DNA from: Octopus bimaculoides
Lineage: Eukaryota
Reading direction: 5' to 3'
Length of the DNA stretch: 64,000 bases
Assembly (NCBI RefSeq): GCF_001194135.2
Contig: NC_068994.1
Location: 40,010,415-40,074,414 of the forward strand
In this document: piece after piece, positions 56,601 to 64,000 of the stretch
How the letters are laid out: each line of letters begins with the position of its first letter
Position numbering within the stretch: the stretch's first letter is position 1
Position numbers and translations under genes: made by a program
Notes under the pieces: generated by a model
The model's input: only the letters and a program-made list of their open reading frames with translations
What the model was told of the DNA's origin: nothing
Database searches by the model: none

Positions 56601-58426
56601 AAGCTAAAAACAAAATAAGTACTAAAATTCTTCAAGGTGGTGCTGCAGCATGGCCAAAGTCTGATGACTGAAACAAAATAACAGGCAAAAGATAACAGAG
56701 ACTGTGTATGAGCTTTTTCTCTCACATCTCTGTATACAAACTTGGCTACCATCTCTTATTTTCTCTTTCTTTATTGTTAATAAAATTGCTATAATTTACA
56801 TTGACCCTTTTATGCATTTATTTTGCTCTAAACTATTGGTTGGCCCACAAGATCTAGTTTATGATTCATAACAGTCTGCACAATTAAATGAGCTTAACAT
56901 GTGTATGTTAGAATGGAGGAGAAAGTGCATTATAGTATTGGGTTACAGCCCTTTGAATTCTGAATTCAAAATCTTACTATGGTCAGTTATACAATCCATT
57001 CTCTGAAGACTGATAAAATAAAATACAAGTCAAGTAGTAAACTTGATTTAATTGACTTTACTCTTCACTATTAATAATATTGGCATTTTGTGCCAATATT
57101 ATTAATAATTAGTAAGGCAGCCAGTGGGCAGAATCATTAGCATGCCAGACAAAATGCCAAGCTGTATTTCATCCATCTTTATGCACAGGGTTCAAATTCC
57201 ACCAGGGTCACCTTTGCCTTTCATCCTTTCGGGGTCAATAAAATAAGTACCAGATGTACACTGGGGTCAATTTAATCAACTTAGGCCCTCTCATTGAAAT
57301 TGCTGGCCTTGTACTAAAATTTGAAACCAATGTTAGTAATATCAATATTACATCATCATGGTGTTAACCAGGCTGTTGGATTTAGTTGTACATCGCTGGT
57401 CACAATGCACTTCACATCATTTTAGCTTTTGAATGATACCACCCTACTGGCTATGCAAGCAGGCCAACATTACTCCTCATCAGAAGGTTATCTTGTTCTA
57501 GGGTTACCTATTTACAGTTGAGTGGACTGAAGCAACTTGAAATGAAGTGTATTGCTCAAGAACACATGCCACTCAGTCCAGGCATTGAACCAACAATCTA
57601 GAGATAGTGAGCACAACACCCTAACCACTAGGCCACATGCCTTCACAGTATTAATGATATTGATATAATTCAACAACTAAGATGCAGGCCTGACTGATTT
57701 ATTAGCACACCAGACAAAATGCTTAGTGGCATTTCATCTGCCTGTACGTCCTGAGTTCATATTCCTCCAAGGTCAACTTTGGCTTTGATCTTTTGGGGTC
57801 GATAAAATAAGTACAGTTGTGCACTGGAGTCAATGTAATCAACTTACTTTCTTCCCCCAAATTGCTGAGCTTGTGCCAAAATTTAAAATCAATATAATTC
57901 AACATCATTCAAATTCTCCAAGTAGCTAAAATCTTCAGTCAGGATAACTAATTATATGAACATATTCATCATAGAAGATCATCTAATGAGTAATTGTCTA
58001 TACTGTTTTGGGTGCGATAAGTCTAAGTAAAACTAAATTTATCATTGATCTGTAAATCTGTTATTTTGAACTCTTAGATTTATTAATTTTTCTGACTTCT
58101 GCCAACTCTCAAATATTTATCAAACATTTTCTAGTTATCATATAATCTTACATATCTTTCGTCTGTAATAACATGATGTCATAACTTAAAATTCAGATAT
58201 TATAGATTCAATCACTATTATTAGCAGTTGAATACATATTTATAATCACAGTCTATTAATTGGTAAAGAACATCTTTCTAGTTTTATAATATAGCTACTG
58301 TTAACTGACGAATCACTTGCCCTCAGAATACATGCAACAACTCAGTTTGATCATCTGTATACATACATGCGTCTATCTATCAATCTGTCTGTGTGTCTTG
58401 TCTATCTATTTGCCTAGCTATCTATT

Positions 58427-58486
<60 letters not shown>

Positions 58487-58565
58487 AATGAATGGACAAA
58501 CGAAAGGAAGGGCACTGAACACATTTATTGAGAGTTACATATATTACTCAATTTGATACTGATTC

Positions 58566-58674
58566 CGAGCTACATCAGGTTTCAAAGCCCCTTTCTTCTC
58601 AGGCAGCTAAGAATTTGAATTCTTACTAGCCTGACAAGAAAGGCCCTGTTAAGGGCTTCAAAACTTAAATTAGC
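58566..58674. repeat. ~110-bp imperfect foldback
   Basis: Central aagaatt-tg-aattctt hairpin, flanked by inverted gcctga(g/c)aagaaagg...ctt(t/c)(g/a)aaac arms. Confidence 0.5.
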
Positions 58675-58724
58675 ATGGAATCCAAATCAAACTGTATTGA
58701 GTAATATATATATATATGTATGTT

Positions 58725-59110
58725 GTGAGGTAAGTAGCTTGCTTACGAACCACATGGTTCTGGGTTCAGTCCTACTGCGTGGCACCTTGGGTAAGTGTCT
58801 TCTACAATAGTCTCGGGCCGACCAAACCTTGTGAGTGGATTTGGTAGACGGAAACTGAAAGAAGCACATCGTATATATGTATATGTGTGTGTATATGTTT
58901 GTGTGTCTGTGTTTGTCTCCCCAACATCGCTTGACAACCGATGCTGGTGTGTTTACATCCCCGTAACTTAGTGGTTCAGCATTTGAGACTCATAGAATAA
59001 GTACCAGGCTTACAAAGAAAAAGTCCTGGGGTTGATTTGCTCGACTAAAGGTGGTGCTCCAGCATGGCCACAGTCACATGACTGAATCAAGTAAAAGAGT
59101 AAAAGAGTGA
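58725..59110 (+). mobile_element. tRNA-derived SINE family B (CORE-like ccttgggcaagt, internal microsatellite, (gagtaaaa)n tail)
   Basis: Well-preserved copy. Other copies at about 22790-23290(+), 43252-43640(+), 56345-56700(+), 61355-61705(-), 63235-63420(-) and 10230-10600(-). Confidence 0.85.
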
Positions 59111-59112
59111 GA

Positions 59113-59226
<114 letters not shown>

Positions 59227-59379
59227 CTGATATATACTATATATACACTATTCTGTTTAAATAAGGGAACTACAGATAGAATATCCTTACGTATCTCACG
59301 TTTGTTTTCATTCCTCCACTTCATTCGGTATTTCATATCTTCTCTATAATAACTATTACTTAAACATTTTCTCGCACCA

Positions 59380-59425
59380 TCTCTGATGAAGGGATATATA
59401 AAATATCCCAGAAACAGCTGTAAGA
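59380..59425 (+). ncRNA. Minimal type I hammerhead ribozyme-like motif (Penelope/retrozyme type)
   Basis: TCT-CTGATGA-A-GGGATAT-ATAAA-ATATCCC-A-GAA-ACAGCTGT-A-AGA. Intact CUGAUGA and GAAA core, 7-bp stem II, palindromic stem III (ACAGCTGT), GUA cleavage triplet ending at 59422, 3-bp stem I. One A.A mismatch at the base of stem II. Confidence 0.65.
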
Positions 59426-60785
59426 CCTTCTCTTTATAAATGTTCTGTAAACTATTCAGAACCTTGGATTTTTTATCTCATTCAATTTATATATATATGT
59501 GTGTGTGTGTATAAATACATATATATATATATACATATATATACATATACATACATATATATATACTTATATATACATATTATATACATATATACATGTA
59601 TATATATGTGCACATACGTACACAAACATATTTTAAATGCATATATATACTACATATTAATATATACATATGTATCATAAATGTATACATGTGTGTGTGT
59701 GCGTGCATATGTATGTGTGTATATGTGTTTGTGGGGGGTGCATGTGGTGTGTGTGTACATGAATGATATATGTAAGTGTTTGTGTATACAGGAACATAGT
59801 AAAGGTAATTAGTATCAATGCTTTGGTAACATGTCAGCCCTTTTGGTGTATCTTCTGAACAATATGTGTGTATGTGTGTGTGTGTGTGCGTGTGTGTGTG
59901 TGTGTGTGTGCGTGCGTGTCTACATATTCACATACTTATATAAAAATAGATATAGATGCATACGTATATACTCGGGTGTGCACACATATATATAAATACA
60001 CACACACACACACAAACATACACACACACACACATGCACACACACACACATGCACACACACACACACACATATACGGATATGTTCAAAGGCACTTCATAC
60101 GAAAACTGCATGCAGATTCTTGGTTAACTGATTTCTCTTTTTCTTATAATTGGCAAAAAGGACTTTAATCTGTTTTTGTGTATTTAATTATTGTTTTTTA
60201 TATACACAGAGAGCAGTTGTTTTCTATCTACTGTCAATACTTCTTTCTCTCTCTCTCTCTCTCTCTCGATCTTTCTCATTTTGTTTCTCTTTCTCTCTCT
60301 TTCTCTGTCTGTACCTTTCTCTACTCCTCTTTCTCCTCTTGCCTTTTTATTTTCTTTTTTCTTCTACCACTTTTCCATAGAAGTGTATGAGTTTATTTCT
60401 CTCTGTCTCATAAGGCTTTAATACCTTTTTCTTTCTTTCTCTCTTTCATTTTTTTTACATTCCTACTTCCCTCCTCCTCTTCCCCGACTCCTTGATTGGT
60501 TTGATATTCATATCTATATATCAAACTTTGTCCATGTTTTATATTCATTATTCCAACTTCCCTCACACACACACACATGCACACACACATGAGTATGCAT
60601 ACACATGCACACAATACAACTCACACAAAAGGGTACACACATCTACACGCACACACAAAAACATCATCATCATCATAGATAGATACATACATAAATATTT
60701 ATATGCATATATATATATATATATAGACACACATATATACATCTATATATATATATATATATATACATACATACATATTATATAC

Positions 60786-60818
<33 letters not shown>

Positions 60819-60856
60819 CNNNNNNNNNNNATATATATACATATATATATATATAT

Positions 60857-60939
<83 letters not shown>

Positions 60940-61009
60940 CATATCTGTATATATACATATATATATAACTGTAGCTATCTTTCTATTCATTTGTGTGTGT
61001 GTTTGTGCT

Positions 61010-61041
<32 letters not shown>

Positions 61042-62629
61042 CTCACACACACATACATATATACATATTCTATCATAAGTCAGCAAATGTTTCCAGGTAA
61101 TGATATGCAAACTAATGCCACAGACTGCTGTTCTTTTTTCTTCATCATTTTCTTTTTCACTCTTCTGCCTCTGTATCTTATGCATATTTTTCATTCTATT
61201 TTCTTAATAATCTTTCTTTATTCTTTCCTTTTCTTTTTTCTACCTTTTCTATTCCGTGTGTTTCTCTCCTTTTCCTTCTCTACATCTGTGTATATCCTTT
61301 TGTCATTTTGAAATTTCTTTCATTTCTCAGATGTTTCCATCACAGGACTGTAACTACACTGGGGCACCACTTTGAAGGTTTTAGTCAAACAAATCACCCT
61401 TGGCCCTTATTTCTTTTAAGTCAGGTATTTTTTTCTTTTTATCCATCTCTTTTGCTGAACCACTAAATTACAGGGAAGATTATTAAAAGTAATTGCACTA
61501 GTTAAGCAGTGAGGAAGAGGGACAAACACAAACACAAAGCACATATACATATATGTGATAGGCTTCTGTACAGTTTCCATGTACCAAATTCACTCACAAG
61601 GCATTGGGCAGCCTAAGGTTATAGTAGACGACACTTGCCCAAAGTGCCACAGAGTGGGACTGAACCAGAAAGTATATGGTTGCAAAGCAAGCTTCTAACA
61701 ACACAGCCATTATATTATATTCATTATTTTTATTTTGTATCTTTATAACAAGATATCCTTGCCAATCCTCATATTTCAAATATTTGAATATTATATTTTG
61801 TATGTTAAGCATAAAAATCATAAACTCTCAGTATTTTTTAGATCACATTTTAACCAAATATATAATACCAATATAAGCTTGTAAAAAGGGTAAAGATTCC
61901 CTTTGGTCATGAATGACCATGGGATTGCTTCTAGAAAGTCCCTCTCTGAGGCACAAGTCTAGGCAAGGTTGTTTATGGAAGATTAGCAGTCAACCATACA
62001 TACCAGTCTCCCGCTCTCCACATCACCAATGTTATCCAAGGGAAAGGCAAATGCCAATACAGCTTCGCACTAGTGACATTGCAACTCGTTTCTACAGTTG
62101 AGTGAACTGGAGTAACATGAAATAAAGCGGCTTGTTCAAGGACATAAAACAGCCTGAAGTGAGAATCGAACTCACTACCTCATGATTGTGAGTGCAATGC
62201 TCTAATCACATGGCCATGTGCCTTCATAAGCTTGTACATTGTAAGAAAACTATTGTCATGTCAAAAAGTGGTTACACAAAACTCAAAAGAATGGCTGAAT
62301 AAAATTTGGATTTTCATCATTGTTATTATTAACTCTATAGTATGTATTTAGCACATTTTTTCCTTAAATTTATTTGCATATGTGGTTAAGAAATTTGCTT
62401 CATAGCAATATGGATGTGAGTTCAGTCCCACTGCACTGCACTTTAAGCAAATGTTTCTGTTATAGTTCCAGGCTAGTTGACTTGTGAGTGAATTGGTTAG
62501 ATGGAAACAGCACAAAAGGCAACCATATTTCTTTCTATCAATCTATCTATATATATCCATTTATCAATTCATCTGTCTATCTGTCTTTCTACCAATTCAT
62601 CTATCTATCTATCTATCTATCTATCTGTA

Positions 62630-62660
<31 letters not shown>

Positions 62661-63465
62661 TTATCAATTCATCTGTCTGTTTGTTTATCTATCTATCAAT
62701 TCATCTGCCTATCTATCTATTTATCTACCTATCTATAGATCTATATGTGTGTGTATCAATGAAAATGAGCTAAGAGAAGTACCATAGTGGTCTGTATTTG
62801 AACATCATATACAAATACAGGTACATTAATTAATCAGGAATTATTTAAGTTTTCTCCACCTCCAGAGGATGTGTCATAATTACGAAATGGCAATTAAGAT
62901 CAGTTCCATTGAGAAGGGAGACAATCTCAATTATCAAAATTTCTCCCAATTTGACATGCCACTAAGGAAAAGGACAGGCTTAGTGTCTGGAGATAAGAGG
63001 ACAGTCGTAGACTCACGTTTTTGGTTCAATAGCTATCATCAACATGACAACTGTTCAGTTTTAGCACTGGTAGCTAATGGACTAGGATTTATACAAAAAT
63101 GCATATGACACATTTATGCCTATGTAATTTGCATAATTTAAACAAGGATGAGGCAAAAAAAACTCTCAGAGTAAACAATAGCATGTATTTGAGCAACAGA
63201 GACAAATACAGCTATATCAAATACCATACAACAAATTCTTTTATTCTTTTATTTGTTTCAGTCATTTGACTGCAGCCATGCTGGAGAACTGCCTTAAAGG
63301 GTTTAGTTGAATGAATTGACCCAGGACTTATTTTATGTAAGCCTAGTACTGATTCTATTGGTCTCGCTCTTACCAAACCAGTTGTCAATCGATGGTAGGG
63401 GGCCAAACACAGACACACACACATAAATATGTACATACATACAAATATATGACTGACTTTTTTCA

Positions 63466-63745
63466 ATTTCTTGTACCACAAATGGCAGAATTGGGTGCCA
63501 TTGTATTGTACCAAAGGTACCGTCCACTCCATCTAAATTCAGGACCAGGTACTACAATAGTCAAGGGTTCAAAGGCCCACAGCACTTCAATGACCTGCCA
63601 CAAAAATTAAGAAATCTGCATAAGGTGGAAGTAGGTGTCTTCAAAAAAGGAACTAGACATCCTCCTCTCTACAATACCGGATGAACCAACAGCTGGGACA
63701 AAGGCACGTACAGGAGTGGTGATGTGAAACATCTCAGACTGAGGA
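63466..63745 (+). mobile_element. CR1-like LINE 3' coding fragment
   Basis: Reads TRYYNSQGFKGPQHFNDLPQKLRNLHKVEVGVF...ELDILLSTIPDEPT, resembling the FNxLP...FKxxLD...PDEP C-terminus of CR1-group elements. Confidence 0.6.
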
Positions 63746-63851
63746 AATCAGAAAGACCACATTGGTGCTCCAGTATGGCGACAGCCACATGGCTGAAACG
63801 AGTAAAAGAATAAAAGAATGTGTGTGTGTGTGTGTATGTGTGTATATGTAA

Positions 63852-63925
<74 letters not shown>

Positions 63926-64000
63926 ATATATATATACATATGTGTATGTATATATATATACATATGTGTATGTATATATATATACATATGTGTATATATA

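Overview
AT-rich, microsatellite- and SINE-dense animal genomic DNA with many N gaps. It is most likely from an octopus (coleoid cephalopod) protocadherin cluster; the species is inferred from the protein's features and the repeat families. The only long ORF is a minus-strand protocadherin exon (exon 31858-29484, ATG at 31808) encoding signal peptide, six cadherin repeats, a transmembrane helix and the start of the cytoplasmic tail. A second coding exon missing from the ORF track (21606-21444) splices to it in phase and carries a DSGxG motif. A further candidate cassette exon lies at 16774-16625, and this gene's terminal exon could not be identified. An orphan minus-strand terminal coding exon (46839-46568) probably ends the preceding tandem gene. 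The rest is transposon debris: RTE and CR1-like LINE ends, several tRNA-derived SINE families, a mariner and a DD37D/maT remnant, and a non-autonomous Helitron. The most unusual non-genic signals are hammerhead-ribozyme-like motifs. One is a near-canonical minimal type I motif with a palindromic stem III (59380-59425). Two foldback elements carry divergent pairs of degenerate hammerhead-like cores (24122-24320, inside the protocadherin intron, and 58566-58674). Almost all other ORF-track entries are microsatellite or gap artefacts.
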